IMG/VR virus record: IMGVR_UViG_3300036715_004471
Location: 382,542-446,541 of that record
Length of the DNA: 64,000 nt
Direction: 5' to 3' (one strand)
Position 1 is the stretch's first letter. Every line of letters starts with the position of its first letter. The notes beneath the pieces were generated by a model, which was given only the letters and a program-made list of their open reading frames with translations, had not been told where the DNA came from and ran no database searches. Shown one piece after another: positions 20,631 to 31,271 of this stretch. Position numbers and translations under genes: made by a program.

Positions 20631-21047
20631 TTAAAAATATGATGCCAGACGGCTAAGTCTGGACAAATGTTGCATGATTTTATGTAATTCTCTTAAAGGC
20701 ATTTTAAATATTCTTTGAGATGAATCAAAATATGACATCCATGGTTGTGACAAAAACCAATCGTCTTCAGATAATTGATTTAGTTGAAAATCAAAATCTA
20801 TATTCAAAATCCAAAAACGCACAACTCTTTCTAAAGTATCAGAATATTGTATTTCATATTCATATTCCACTCCACAAATATATGGACCAACCATGAAAAT
20901 CAATACGTTTGATGGCAAATTAACAGATAGATAAAGTTCCAAAAAACTATTGCACTCATCCTCGGAAGGATCTTGTGATAATAGTTTAGGAACTTCATCT
21001 TTTGAAAAACCCAACTCTTCTAAATAATCTAACTTTTTCGGAAACAT
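20631..21047 (-). CDS. hypothetical protein
   Basis: ORF in operon. Confidence 0.6.
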   Translation of the reverse strand: MFPKKLDYLEELGFSKDEVPKLLSQDPSEDECNSFLELYLSVNLPSNVLIFMVGPYICGVEYEYEIQYSDTLERVVRFWILNIDFDFQLNQLSEDDWFLSQPWMSYFDSSQRIFKMPLRELHKIMQHLSRLSRLASYF

Positions 21048-21048
21048 G

Positions 21049-21342
21049 TTACCAAAACGCTATTACTTTCTTATAACGAGAACAAATCTCATCTATTTCT
21101 TGATTGAGTTCCTGTAACGTTTCATCTGACATAGATGAGTCGCAGTCAGCGAGTCGAATAACGTAGCAATTTAATGGTTTCTCACAAACCATTGATAATG
21201 ATCTTAGTGATGGTCTAACATAATATAAGCTACTACTGTTAGCATACCAATTGATAAATGTTGATTTCCGCATTATGGGGGATTCATTATATCGCACTAA
21301 TATCTCATAGATTTCAGAAAATATCGTAGACAAAACAGACAT
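21049..21342 (-). CDS. hypothetical protein ending ..VIAFW
   Basis: AAGGTG RBS. Confidence 0.6.
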   Translation of the reverse strand: MSVLSTIFSEIYEILVRYNESPIMRKSTFINWYANSSSLYYVRPSLRSLSMVCEKPLNCYVIRLADCDSSMSDETLQELNQEIDEICSRYKKVIAFW

Positions 21343-21409
21343 ATCACCTTACTGATACCTAAGTACCATAGCACTTGGTTAAGGGTTAATTAAAGGTGAG
21401 AAGTCTAGA

Positions 21410-21901
21410 TCAACCGTCTAATTCTTCATAGATCAGATTAAATCCAAACTCCTCATACAAAACATCAAGGCTTTCTTTTACTTCTGGAAATCTAGCCGAA
21501 AGATTCGTGACAGCATTTTTACCATCATGAACTTCATAGAAAATATCTTGAAGAATGTTTCTTCCACAAATTTTTTCCAATCTATCTAATTCAGAAATAA
21601 GAAATTCCAAATCTACCGATTCAGATTCTTCCACCGAAGAATCTTCTTTGATTACAATTGCCGCCGGTACTACCGGAACAACAGGTTTGGAGACAGAATA
21701 TTGGTTTGATTGTGATGCCGCATAATGGAATAAAACATGATATCCACCAATCATTTGTGGAACACTTCCAATGAAATTGATGTCAAATTCATAGACATAA
21801 ACCACAAGTCTATTGTATCGATCAAACTCAACGTCACAGAACCAATCATATTGATCAAGTGTCGACACAAATTGTTGTAGCTCTTCGTTGAGCGAATTCA
21901 T
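21410..21901 (-). CDS. hypothetical protein (start likely at internal MNSL)
   Basis: AAGGA RBS before ATG at 21901. Confidence 0.6.
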   Translation of the reverse strand: MNSLNEELQQFVSTLDQYDWFCDVEFDRYNRLVVYVYEFDINFIGSVPQMIGGYHVLFHYAASQSNQYSVSKPVVPVVPAAIVIKEDSSVEESESVDLEFLISELDRLEKICGRNILQDIFYEVHDGKNAVTNLSARFPEVKESLDVLYEEFGFNLIYEELDG

Positions 21902-21997
21902 AATCCTTTTTCCTTCCAAACGAAATAAATATACCCTTTTGATCGGGCAAGGTCCTGCGCTTCTGACAAAAGACAAGTCAAGGGATTTTTAATCTGA

Positions 21998-22324
21998 TCA
22001 GGGCAGATTATTCTCAAATCTAGCGATGGGTGTCCCGATAAGCCTTTTGAACTTATAAGCTTCATAAGATGATTCTTCAACATCGCAACACAAACAAATT
22101 CTATGTTCGGGATGTTCATCTTCATAATCATATGAATGAGAACCATCATACGCAGAACGTAAAACAACAATAGAATTCTCATGATCACATGATGATTTCA
22201 ATCTTCCCAAAAGCAATGACGCCTCTTTTCTCAAAGAAGCGTCGGTTGACTTAGAATCTGTTTCATTAGCTAGTTTAATACATGCCCTGTAATCATTACG
22301 GAGCTGTAGAATGATTTCATTCAT
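21998..22324 (-). CDS. hypothetical protein
   Basis: ORF. Confidence 0.6.
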   Translation of the reverse strand: MNEIILQLRNDYRACIKLANETDSKSTDASLRKEASLLLGRLKSSCDHENSIVVLRSAYDGSHSYDYEDEHPEHRICLCCDVEESSYEAYKFKRLIGTPIARFENNLP

Positions 22325-22357
22325 AATATGTAACTTTCAATGAAGAATAAAAGAATT

Positions 22358-22431
22358 TGGCAGGGGCAGAAGGAATTGAACCTTCATTAGCCGTTTTGGA
22401 GGCGGCAGTCCTACCGTTGAACGATACCCCT
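22358..22431 (-). tRNA. tRNA-Trp(CCA)
   Basis: Cloverleaf, loop CTCCAAA, CCA. Confidence 0.92.
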
Positions 22432-22434
22432 ATA

Positions 22435-22527
22435 ATTGTAAAATAAAGAGGACTCGAACCCCATATCCTATCGGATGCCCGAACCTCATCGGTTCGTGAT
22501 AGCGCCCGCTATCTTCATATTTTACAA
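22435..22527 (-). ncRNA. non-canonical tRNA-like RNA (extended closing stem, T arm, no CCA)
   Basis: TTGTAAAATA/TATTTTACAA stem, three internal hairpins, GGGG-TTCGAGT-CCTC. Confidence 0.55.
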
Positions 22528-22617
22528 TGGCGGAAAGTACAGGATTCGAACCTGTGGAGGTTGTTACACCTCAATTGTTTAGCAAACAATCACCATAGAC
22601 CACTCGGACAACTTTCC
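22528..22617 (-). tRNA. tRNA-Ser(GCT)
   Basis: Type II cloverleaf, G73-CCA. Confidence 0.92.
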
Positions 22618-22636
22618 ATGATCTGATACCTATATA

Positions 22637-23002
22637 TCAGATATTATTAATAGATAAATGTTTCTTGTCTTTACAATGCTTATACCAAACATCATAATCA
22701 TTACCGAACACTTCTTGTGCTCTTTTAACCATATCTGCCAGAATTACTTGTTCTTCCTCAACAACTACCCAGGGACTTTTATGTTCATTAAGAACATACT
22801 CTTCTTGTTCTACGATAGCGTTAAATACTCCCCAAGCCGAGAATTGCTGATAATCCATGCCAGCTATCTTGCCGCCAACACTTGGTTCATCTAACTGGAC
22901 TTCTTCAAGTGCATTAGCAAAATCTTCAAGAGCATAAGCTCGATTCTCTAAGTAAGTCTGTCTAACGTCTTCTAATTCTTTCTTTTTTTCTTTCTTCTTC
23001 AT
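22637..23002 (-). CDS. hypothetical protein
   Basis: ATGA-coupled ORF. Confidence 0.65.
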   Translation of the reverse strand: MKKKEKKKELEDVRQTYLENRAYALEDFANALEEVQLDEPSVGGKIAGMDYQQFSAWGVFNAIVEQEEYVLNEHKSPWVVVEEEQVILADMVKRAQEVFGNDYDVWYKHCKDKKHLSINNI

Positions 23003-23920
23003 GACTCTTTTATATCAAAGAGCGAAGCAAGCTCTAAATCTAAAGAATGAAGCATTTCAAAATTCTCTACTTGCTCTTTATATTCTTCTGGAATTTCATC
23101 CAAACCATAAAGAGTTCCCGCCATACCACCAGCAATAGCAGCGGTAGTATCAGTGTCGCCACCTGCTTTGACCGCCATCACAACAGTATCCCTAAAATTA
23201 TCATTCACCAACAAACAATAGAAGGCGGCGCCAACAGTTTCAGGAACATATCCCTGTGAACCAATGTCGGCTAAAGCAACATCAACATCTGTTCCAGATT
23301 CTAAATGTTCTAACACTAAAGACAATTTCTTATTGACAATTGTGTCTCCAGTTACTGCAATGACTGATTTTAATACAACCAATGGATCAATACCAGATGC
23401 TAATCTGTGCAGTTCCTAATGCTATTGCAATTGATCCGTTGATGGGTTCAGAAGAATTGTGAGTGATAATGGCATCTTCCGAAGCATGTTTCATACATGT
23501 TAAGAAATCATTTCTATAAGCGAGACCCAATGGAGTGGCACGCATTGCGGTTCCGTTTCCACCAATATTATCACCTACAACACCACTCTTATCCCAAGAC
23601 AAACCGTGTTGCAAGTTAACCATAGCACGAGCTGTAGTTCCACCGATACCACGAGTATTTTTTGATTCATACCAGGCTAAATACTCCCTAGCCACATCAG
23701 CAGGGTTAAAACCTTTACAACGTACAAGGCTTCTAGCCAGCCCAAGACTCATTAGAGTATCATCAGTGTATTGACCTGGCTGACCCCACCAAAAAGTTCC
23801 ACCCTCTTTAAATTTACCATCCCACTCACGCAATGGTTGATAAGAAGATAGCTTTGTTTCAAAAGGATTGCCCAATGCATCACCAATAGCGCATCCGACT
23901 AATGTTGCAAATTTACTCAT
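22999..23920 (-). pseudogene. second ADP-ribosylglycohydrolase, frameshifted near 23400 (or sequencing indel)
   Basis: N-half GDALG/YTDDT/GNGTAMR in 23387..23947; C-half GGDTDTTAAI in 22999..23382. Confidence 0.85.
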
Positions 23921-23978
23921 AAAATTTATTAAACCTAATGGGGGCAAAGTATCATATCATTAATACTTTGCCCTAATT

Positions 23979-24536
23979 TCAAAAGAAAGTGACCTGATAG
24001 CCAACATGGACAGTAGTAATTGGTCCCTTCCACAAGGAAGTTGCCATATAAGCTACATGACCCTCTGCAATTATACCATGGCGTTCTGTTATATATCCAT
24101 TAATATTTAACACCCCGCCAGGCGTCCACCCACCAAGTTTGGCGCACTGATCATCATTAGAACATACTGTCATAAAATATGTTCCAATTGCAGGACCAGC
24201 TTCAATTCCAAAATGTTTAGATGGAAGCCAACCTAGTTCTAGCGCATGCATATCATAAATTCCAATACCTTTTAAGGATCGGAATGTAGATAGATAAGCA
24301 GAATTGCGATATACAAATGTCCAGCCAGTTGTTTCTTGACCGCCCCTATATCCAACAACGCCACCACCTAGAAATGCAAATCCTCCAGATGGATGTTTAT
24401 CTCCAACTACTAACATACCAAAACCAACTTGGGCGCCCAATCTAAATGGACCTGTACCAGTATCATCAGCATATGCTGATTGAGATGATAATAGTACAGC
24501 TATCAACATTGCCATTACAGCAAATATTTTTTTCAC
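23979..24536 (-). CDS. secreted/outer-membrane beta-barrel-like protein
   Basis: Signal peptide (..SAYA), Gly/aromatic strands, terminal Phe. Confidence 0.55.
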   Translation of the reverse strand: MKKIFAVMAMLIAVLLSSQSAYADDTGTGPFRLGAQVGFGMLVVGDKHPSGGFAFLGGGVVGYRGGQETTGWTFVYRNSAYLSTFRSLKGIGIYDMHALELGWLPSKHFGIEAGPAIGTYFMTVCSNDDQCAKLGGWTPGGVLNINGYITERHGIIAEGHVAYMATSLWKGPITTVHVGYQVTFF

Positions 24537-25123
24537 TTACCATTTCCTCCAGGCTGAGCACCACTACCAGGTACGGGACCAGGATCTACAGTACCAGGAT
24601 CACCAGGAGCTGGCAAATCATTTCCACCATTAAACCCTTCCATTGAACAAGTAAGTGGCGGTTTATTGGCAAATGTTTCTTCGCAATGAACATTATCTAC
24701 TGTAATTTTATCTGCTGGAGACGTGTTCCATCCATTCTTGATCAAGAATAAATCAATATTATCCCTGCTACTCAAAAAGCCATTTTTAAAAAATATTTTG
24801 GCTAAATCCATAGCTAAAGCTCGCCAAGCTCCAAATGTTTTAGCAAACATCCCTTGATACAAAGCTTTTGTAGTAATATCTATTCCTGATTGCTTAATAA
24901 AACCTTCAAAAAATTTCCCTGCACCATTAGTTACCGCGACACGCGCCGTGCAATCAAAACTAAATTGCTTATCATTTGGCGCCTGGTTTCCAACCCATTC
25001 GGAATCAGGACTAATTTGAACATCCTCTACTGCCGGGAATTTATTACAATCCGGCGCAGAGCAATTTAAACTCATAATACTACACATCAAAGCAGCAATA
25101 AATACTTTTGCATTTTTAATCAT
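24533..25123 (-). CDS. putative lipoprotein with Pro/Gly-rich tail
   Basis: Hydrophobic N-terminus followed by Cys. Confidence 0.55.
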   Translation of the reverse strand: MIKNAKVFIAALMCSIMSLNCSAPDCNKFPAVEDVQISPDSEWVGNQAPNDKQFSFDCTARVAVTNGAGKFFEGFIKQSGIDITTKALYQGMFAKTFGAWRALAMDLAKIFFKNGFLSSRDNIDLFLIKNGWNTSPADKITVDNVHCEETFANKPPLTCSMEGFNGGNDLPAPGDPGTVDPGPVPGSGAQPGGNGK

Positions 25124-25414
25124 CTTTATGACTTTCTTGTTTTAATAATAATCACCTATTAAGTGATTGTTTGTAATCGTAAATATAAATTGGAGGAAGC
25201 AGTCTTACTAATAAATTACTCTTCATCATGAATTGAAAAATCACAATCTTTTAAATTAAGTTTAGGTAATTCTTTTGCAATTTCTCTTTTTACAATTTTA
25301 ATAGCATTATTTTTGTCAACGCACAAAACATGGTGTGTAGAAGTTTCAGTACCTGCACTGGCGATCCAATAATCGTTCTCTAACGCGTCCATATCAATTA
25401 TTTCTTTTTTTACT

Positions 25415-25873
25415 TTAATTTTTATCATAATGTTCTTCCGCATGACAATTAGGGCAAATCAATTGCAAATTATCTAATTCATCTGAACCTCCATCACATT
25501 GTCTTATTATGTGATGAACTTCCAATATTTTCGTATTAGGATATTTACATTTTTCACAACTAGAACCTTTTAAATCAATTAATCTTATTTTAAGAGCTTT
25601 TCTAGTTTTTACTTTATCTTTACTGGGTCTGCCAGTTTTATATTTAGAGCCTATCCTTAATTTATTAGAACACTCTCTATTACAGGTATTTTTATTCAAA
25701 CCTGATTTCAAATCAGCGCCGCAATTCAAACATTGAATTAAAATAGTACAAGATTTACCATAACATTCCTGGCTACAATAAACATGACCCTTTTCAATTT
25801 CAGAAGGTCTTTTATAAATATATTTATTACAAATCTTGCAATTAAAATTTGGTTTTCTTTTGTATGTTTCCAT
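25415..25873 (-). CDS. HNH endonuclease with Zn-finger repeats
   Basis: LEVHHI..NLQLICPNCH; paralog of 26087..26560. Confidence 0.9.
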   Translation of the reverse strand: METYKRKPNFNCKICNKYIYKRPSEIEKGHVYCSQECYGKSCTILIQCLNCGADLKSGLNKNTCNRECSNKLRIGSKYKTGRPSKDKVKTRKALKIRLIDLKGSSCEKCKYPNTKILEVHHIIRQCDGGSDELDNLQLICPNCHAEEHYDKN

Positions 25874-25911
25874 GTCTAATTATATATCAGACACTCGTGC
25901 AGTTAACCAGT

Positions 25912-25999
25912 TGGCGGAAGCCAGAATATTCGAAATCCATACCGATCAAGGTACCATCAGTTTTCAAGGCTGCGTTCGCTCCTCGCGAATTTAACTTCC
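25912..25999 (-). tRNA. tRNA-Ser(TGA)
   Basis: Type II cloverleaf, loop CTTGAAA, CCA. Confidence 0.8.
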
Positions 26000-26008
26000 A
26001 TTAATAAT

Positions 26009-26100
26009 TGGAGGAATGAGAGGGATTCGAACCCTCGGAACCCTTACGAGTCCACAACCTTTCCAGGGTTGCCGTTTCAGCCAAACTCACGCACCATTCC
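26009..26100 (-). tRNA. tRNA-Ser(GGA)
   Basis: Type II cloverleaf, loop CTGGAAA, CCA. Confidence 0.88.
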
Positions 26101-26560
26101 CTAATCTTCTTAAATAATGTTCTTCTGCATGACAATTAGGACATATCAATTCCAAATTATCTATATCATCAGAACCACCTTTTGATTTTTCTATTTTGTG
26201 ATGAATTTCCAAAATTTCTAGTTTTGAATAATTACATCTCTCACATTTATATCCTCGTAAATCAACTATTCTTTTTCTTAATTCACTAAGACTTTTTACT
26301 TTATCTTTTATTGGTCTTCCAGTTTTATATGTTGACCCAATTTTTTGTTTATTCGCACAAGCCCTACTACATGTTTTCTTATGTAAACCAGATTTAATTT
26401 GGTTATCACACATAGTGCATTTGTGTAATTTTTGCTGTGCTTTTCCCTTGCAATCATGAGAGCAATATACAGGACCTTTTGCTATTTGAAATGGTCTTCT
26501 ATAAATTTCCATAAAACAAACACTGCATGTACAATTTGGTTGACGTTGATATTTTTCCAT
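26087..26560 (-). CDS. HNH endonuclease with Zn-finger repeats
   Basis: LEIHHK..NLELICPNCH; stop codon inside tRNA-Ser. Confidence 0.9.
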   Translation of the reverse strand: MEKYQRQPNCTCSVCFMEIYRRPFQIAKGPVYCSHDCKGKAQQKLHKCTMCDNQIKSGLHKKTCSRACANKQKIGSTYKTGRPIKDKVKSLSELRKRIVDLRGYKCERCNYSKLEILEIHHKIEKSKGGSDDIDNLELICPNCHAEEHYLRRLGNGA

Positions 26561-26600
26561 ATCAAACTATATATCAACCACTCATGCATTAAACCATTTT

Positions 26601-26677
26601 TGGAGTCGTCGGTTCGATTCGAACAAACGAATACGAGTTTTGCAGACTCGCCCCTTAAGCCTCTTGGGTACAACGAC
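26601..26677 (-). tRNA. tRNA-Cys(GCA)
   Basis: Loop CTGCAAA, U73-CCA. Confidence 0.88.
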
Positions 26678-26701
26678 ATGTGCTTCTATATATCAGATTA
26701 T

Positions 26702-26971
26702 TCACAAGAATGATTTCAGATTTATCATTCTTAACATACCGGACTCTTTGAGATTTTTTCCGTGAAGTCGGTAAGTTACACTACCATCACGATATTCGTA
26801 AGCAATAACATTATCTACTGGCGGATATCCACTACCATCATGTTCTCCATGAAAATAGATAACAATATTCCCACCTTGACTATGAAGTGTTCTACTTTTT
26901 ATTTCTTTACCATTAGTGGTACAAAAATTCAAAATATCTTTATGAAGAGGATAATTATCTTGAGTGTTCAT
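26702..26971 (-). CDS. small protein ending ..NLKSFL
   Basis: ORF. Confidence 0.6.
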   Translation of the reverse strand: MNTQDNYPLHKDILNFCTTNGKEIKSRTLHSQGGNIVIYFHGEHDGSGYPPVDNVIAYEYRDGSVTYRLHGKNLKESGMLRMINLKSFL

Positions 26972-27491
26972 GTAATTTTTTATTGGCTAAGTTGAAATTA
27001 TTAAATCTTTTATCAGAAGTTACCTCTTCCACAATTTTAAGGTACGGAGGCAACTCTACTTTTTGATTCTTATCTTCTAATTCAATTTCAAGAATAGCAA
27101 GTCCTTTTAAAGCACTTTTGAAAACATCTAGCTCAAAAACCTGCTCATTATATTTGAAAACAAATCTGGTTTTATCTATGGTGACTTTATCTGGATGAGA
27201 TTTTTGCAAATACTTCTCGTATTGCTTTTCAGAAATCTCATGTTCTTTTTCTTCGTTGACACCATCTTCAACAAAGACTTTCTTATTAAAATGATAAACC
27301 GTCTCTTTATCACCCGTCAAACCTTCGACGGTTTTACGAACTCTAGCAGAAGGCTCTTTACCTTCCGGTTTGAGATAAGTCTGACTGATTCTTTTTACAT
27401 CAACCAACTCATCAAACATTTCTGCTAACTCGGACCAGTAAGATGGAAAGTTAACCAAAAATTTTCTTTCTATTTCTAATTGTTTTGCCAT
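26955..27491 (-). CDS. CYTH domain protein (triphosphate tunnel metalloenzyme)
   Basis: EIERKFLV, QTYL, RVR, KTR, ELD, LEIEL. Confidence 0.88.
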   Translation of the reverse strand: MAKQLEIERKFLVNFPSYWSELAEMFDELVDVKRISQTYLKPEGKEPSARVRKTVEGLTGDKETVYHFNKKVFVEDGVNEEKEHEISEKQYEKYLQKSHPDKVTIDKTRFVFKYNEQVFELDVFKSALKGLAILEIELEDKNQKVELPPYLKIVEEVTSDKRFNNFNLANKKLHEHSR

Positions 27492-27555
27492 TTTTCCCTT
27501 TTGAAATGAGCAAGATGCTCTCTTCAAAAGGACCGAACAAACGGTCCGAAAACAC

Positions 27556-27912
27556 TCAGTCTTCTGAATCCTCAGTAGGTTCGACTAGAGCAATCGATGG
27601 GTCGCGGGCGACCGATACTGTTTTGGAAGTTGTGGACTTAGCTAATTTAGCTGGCTTTGCTGTCTTCACCCCCTTTATAACGCCACCGTTCTTACCACGG
27701 GTTACATAAGCAATATCGCTGTTGTGTACGAAGTGATTTACAAAACCTAGCACGTGCTTTGGCTCCATAGCTACAGCAAGTCCTACAGTTTGTGCCAACT
27801 CCTTCAACTGAAGTCTTTCGCCATCATTCATCGAATCAACAGTTGCATGCGTTGCTTCAAAAATTCTTTCTACGGTTTCCAACATATTAGAGATACTTTT
27901 ATTCTTACTCAT
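27556..27912 (-). CDS. hypothetical, possible winged-helix protein (paralog of 62068..62496)
   Basis: IFEAT..YVTRGKNGGV vs VFAAT..HVTRGAHGGI. Confidence 0.6.
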   Translation of the reverse strand: MSKNKSISNMLETVERIFEATHATVDSMNDGERLQLKELAQTVGLAVAMEPKHVLGFVNHFVHNSDIAYVTRGKNGGVIKGVKTAKPAKLAKSTTSKTVSVARDPSIALVEPTEDSED

Positions 27913-27963
27913 TCTTATTCTCCAAAATTGCGGCACCCAAATCGGCGCCATTTGATAAATGGA

Positions 27964-27991
27964 ATATTAACCACCCCGCGACAAGCGTCAA
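27964..27991 (-). promoter_or_regulatory. sigma70-like promoter
   Basis: TTGACG-N16-TAATAT upstream of the 27912 start. Confidence 0.45.
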
Positions 27992-28058
27992 GCCTCCCCA
28001 AACATAAAAAATTAACAGACACAAAATCGCTTGGATAAGTGCCAGCGAGTTAAAAACT

Positions 28059-28415
28059 CTAAGCTTTACCTTTATGATTAGTGGGGGTAAATTTTGTAAT
28101 TGATTCAAACTTAATTGCTGGCGTAGTAGAAAGATGATTTCCTAATTGACAAGATTTGCCTTTATGTAAACCTGAATTGTTTTGCCAGAAACGCAAATAT
28201 TGTTCACGATCTTGAGTAGACTCAAACTTTAAAATAGTTGCCTGAGCCTGCTTACCGTCAGCGGCTTGAACGCCGGCGTATTTTATAACATTCTCCCGAG
28301 AGCAAGAGGGGCACTCGTTGATTCGACCTCCTGCTGCGCGTTTGGCAGAAGAAGATAAGTCAAATTCATCCTCACAATGAACACAAAAAACAATATTCTT
28401 CACTCTTTTTTCCAT
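28059..28415 (-). CDS. Zn-ribbon protein
   Basis: CxxC..CxxC. Confidence 0.6.
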   Translation of the reverse strand: MEKRVKNIVFCVHCEDEFDLSSSAKRAAGGRINECPSCSRENVIKYAGVQAADGKQAQATILKFESTQDREQYLRFWQNNSGLHKGKSCQLGNHLSTTPAIKFESITKFTPTNHKGKA

Positions 28416-28596
28416 TCACGATCTTCAATTAAAAGATCAAGCAATTGAGCCTCAAAAGATTCTGGAAGCCCTATTCTTTCTTTTATCAAATCTTGTTGAG
28501 TAGGTAACACATTATTTGATCTGTAGAAAGCATCTTCATCTAAACCTTCTTTGAAAATAAAAAGAAGGATATCTTTTATTTTTTCAGTCAGCATAT

Positions 28597-29136
28597 TTAT
28601 AGATTCCTTTTAAGGATATCCAGCTCTTCTGGAGAAAGTTTTTTCTTTAACTCACTCATCATCTTAATATCCTCAACAGATCTAAGAGCTTCTTTTTGTT
28701 TCTTCTTTTCTTTTTTCTCTTTTAATTGCAACTTACGCAATTTTTCTTTCTCATCAAACTTTTGTTTGCCCTCTATAAGTTCATCTTCAAAATCTTCAAA
28801 TAACCAACGAGATGGAAGAAGACCTTCATAAGACCATTCGGAACCATCTTTAAGCAAATAACTATATTCTTATATACCGCCATTACATTCAGTAACTATA
28901 GAATATATAGTATCGCCACTTATATGATTTCTTAAATTTCCTACTTCTCCTTCGGCAGCACCGTCAAAATACCAAGTACTTAACTTTGCTGACTCAAAAT
29001 CAAAAATAAAATTTAAAATATAATGTATACGATCAGTAATTTGTCCTTCTAATTCATCTGCTTCGCCTCGTTTTTGTTCCCAACGACTTGGCAAATCATT
29101 AGCTATTGGATCTATTTTTTCAATTGTTTTTTTCAT
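28597..29136 (-). CDS. hypothetical protein interrupted by in-frame TAA at 28870
   Basis: 28870..29136 and 28597..28857 are in the same frame (GGI*EYSYLLKDG). Confidence 0.5.
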
Positions 29137-29150
29137 AATTTTTATAAAAT

Positions 29151-29500
29151 GGAAGAGTTATTCTATAATCCGGGTTCTGTTATTTCAAACAATCATTAAT
29201 CTTGGCGAATAGTCACCTATTCGCTCCAGCACCAACCCGTAAACATCGGGCGAGTAACCCTCAAACGTTTACTATTTGGCTTGCTTCAAATGGGGTTTGC
29301 CGTGCCATGTTTGTTACCAAACATGCGGTGGGCTCTTACTCCACCATTTCACCCTTACCGGAAGCCGAAGCTTCTTAGGCGGTATCTTTCTGTTGCACTT
29401 TCCGTCGTGTCACCACGCCCAGCCGTTAACTGGCATTCTACTCTACGAAGCCCAGAATTTCCTCAGTCTTGCGACCGCGATTGCTCAAACAACTCTTTCC
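29151..29500 (-). ncRNA. rnpB: RNase P RNA (bacterial type A-like)
   Basis: GAGGAAATTCTGGGC, GGAAAGTGCAACAGAAA, AAGGGTGAAA, GGTAAC, AAACCCC..GAAGCAAG, ACAGAACCCGGATTAT; P1 GAGTTGTT/AATAACTC. Confidence 0.93.
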
Positions 29501-29814
29501 AAAGCTTTACGATAATGATGCGCTATTACATTTTTCAAATAAGAAAGAAATTTAGGAGGATAAGGCATTAGATCAATTCTAGACAAAATGTTGTCTCTTA
29601 CCAAAGATAACACGGGATTTTTAACTCTTCTATCAGAAATAACACTAATGCCTTTGAATTGGCAAGTAGCCATGTTGATAAAAGATAATACTCTATGTTT
29701 TTCGTAAGCGGGGATTAGATCTTGATTCATCAAATCCGCCAATACTTCACAAGCTTTGGTTCCGCCAAATGTATGCGGCTCTACATAAATGTATGTAGAC
29801 CAAGCCCTACTCAT
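29485..29814 (-). CDS. hypothetical protein
   Basis: ORF; stop overlaps 5' end of rnpB. Confidence 0.55.
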   Translation of the reverse strand: MSRAWSTYIYVEPHTFGGTKACEVLADLMNQDLIPAYEKHRVLSFINMATCQFKGISVISDRRVKNPVLSLVRDNILSRIDLMPYPPKFLSYLKNVIAHHYRKALERVV

Positions 29815-29817
29815 AAA

Positions 29818-30492
29818 TCAACCCTTCTTTTTGAAAGAAACATTCAATCCTACACTCACCTTAGCAGCGCCAGGAGTAATGTCAATAGCATCATCTGCCG
29901 CCATTTCATCATCTTGAATCATGCGCGCAGCAGCCAACTTGGCGCCAGCTGGAGCAACAGGTCGTTTAGAATCGCTGTATGTTGCTTCCCAACTCTCAAT
30001 CTCATAATCCGCCGCACTCAATCCCAACACATCGCATTCATCAGCAAATCTCTCTGTCACTTTCTTCCAAGCATTCTTAAGCGCCTTTTTGTTAAGACGA
30101 TCAGTGCTCTTCAATTGAAATGAAGGAGAGTGCAAAGTAACTTCATGCAGATTAGAAAGCGCTTCATAAATCTGATTGATTTTGTCCATAGACTCAACCT
30201 GAAATGATAAAGTATATGTTCCAGTAAATCCATCATTGATGCGGTTGTTATTGTTATCCCAATGATATTTGGGCTGAACATTCATATTAGTTCGCGTAGA
30301 ATCTTTTACTAGTTTAACCTTCAAGTTATCAATAACAAATTTGAGAGTATCTTCTAGCTCATCAATCTTAGTCTTTAATCTTAGCTTGACTCCAGGTACA
30401 AGAGTATCCTCAGCCGTCAAAACCAATGAAAAGGTGGCAAGATCGTACTTGCCCTCTGTTTCACCCGTAGCTGACACAGTAGTTACAATCAT
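29818..30492 (-). CDS. SIMPL (DUF541) domain protein
   Basis: VSATG..DLA, VQPKY, ALKNA..A, ITPG..V.V.F. Confidence 0.75.
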   Translation of the reverse strand: MIVTTVSATGETEGKYDLATFSLVLTAEDTLVPGVKLRLKTKIDELEDTLKFVIDNLKVKLVKDSTRTNMNVQPKYHWDNNNNRINDGFTGTYTLSFQVESMDKINQIYEALSNLHEVTLHSPSFQLKSTDRLNKKALKNAWKKVTERFADECDVLGLSAADYEIESWEATYSDSKRPVAPAGAKLAAARMIQDDEMAADDAIDITPGAAKVSVGLNVSFKKKG

Positions 30493-30520
30493 TTTATCTT
30501 CCTCAATTTAGAATAATTTT

Positions 30521-31081
30521 TTATTCCCAAATATCACACAAATAATCAATTAACTCATCTCCACTAAAAGGAAATGCAGTTGCTACTACATATTTTCTTT
30601 TGTAGTATTCGCTATCTATAGCCTGCTGACTATCTAGTTTATCTATTAGTTTCAGCTGTAACATACGACTATATTTGCCAGCACACCCTCTGGAACAGAA
30701 TGGACCGGCTTTATTTTTCTTAGCTTTATCTCTAATCAGTCTAGGACTACGTTCAAATTCCTTATCACACCATGCACAATTGAATTTAACCAATTTTACA
30801 CGACGAGTATCGTCTCCAGAATGCTGAGAGCGCTCAACTAATCTCAAATTATTGAGATCATTGTTTTCAAAATTGCTATCAATATGATCAACAGTTTCTA
30901 GATTAGGATCTAATTTCCTTCCTAAATGAAGTTCCATAATCCATTTAGGATAGGAAACGGTCCTTCTCTTGCCCTTACGATCCACAACAATTACTATTTG
31001 TCTTGAATCTCTACGGCGATAAGGTCCAAAAACTTTGAATTTATCTGCATATTCCATACCATTATATGGTTTTATATGCAT
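30521..31081 (-). CDS. HNH endonuclease
   Basis: TVDHIDSN..NDLNNL. Confidence 0.85.
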   Translation of the reverse strand: MHIKPYNGMEYADKFKVFGPYRRRDSRQIVIVVDRKGKRRTVSYPKWIMELHLGRKLDPNLETVDHIDSNFENNDLNNLRLVERSQHSGDDTRRVKLVKFNCAWCDKEFERSPRLIRDKAKKNKAGPFCSRGCAGKYSRMLQLKLIDKLDSQQAIDSEYYKRKYVVATAFPFSGDELIDYLCDIWE

Positions 31082-31271
31082 TATGAAACGGAATAATTAT
31101 CCGGTGATAAGCGAGACATTCTCCTTCAAACAAAGTCTTGGACCTGGTTCTCCATCAATTTGAACTACAACCCTGCCATGCACAAATTCAATTACCGTTC
31201 CCGGACTAGAACCATTAGTAGAAATTGTGACTCTATCACCAATTTTAAATACATTGTTTTTCATATCAATC

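Noticed and set aside
22435-22527. tRNA-Sec
   Set aside because: Long stems are suggestive, but there is no UCA anticodon loop and no CCA.
23382-23420. Programmed frameshifts or readthrough (split DraG; also ~2212, ~13680, TAA at 28870)
   Set aside because: No common slippery or stimulatory signal. Several scattered single-base lesions fit sequencing/assembly error or decay better; needs a read check.
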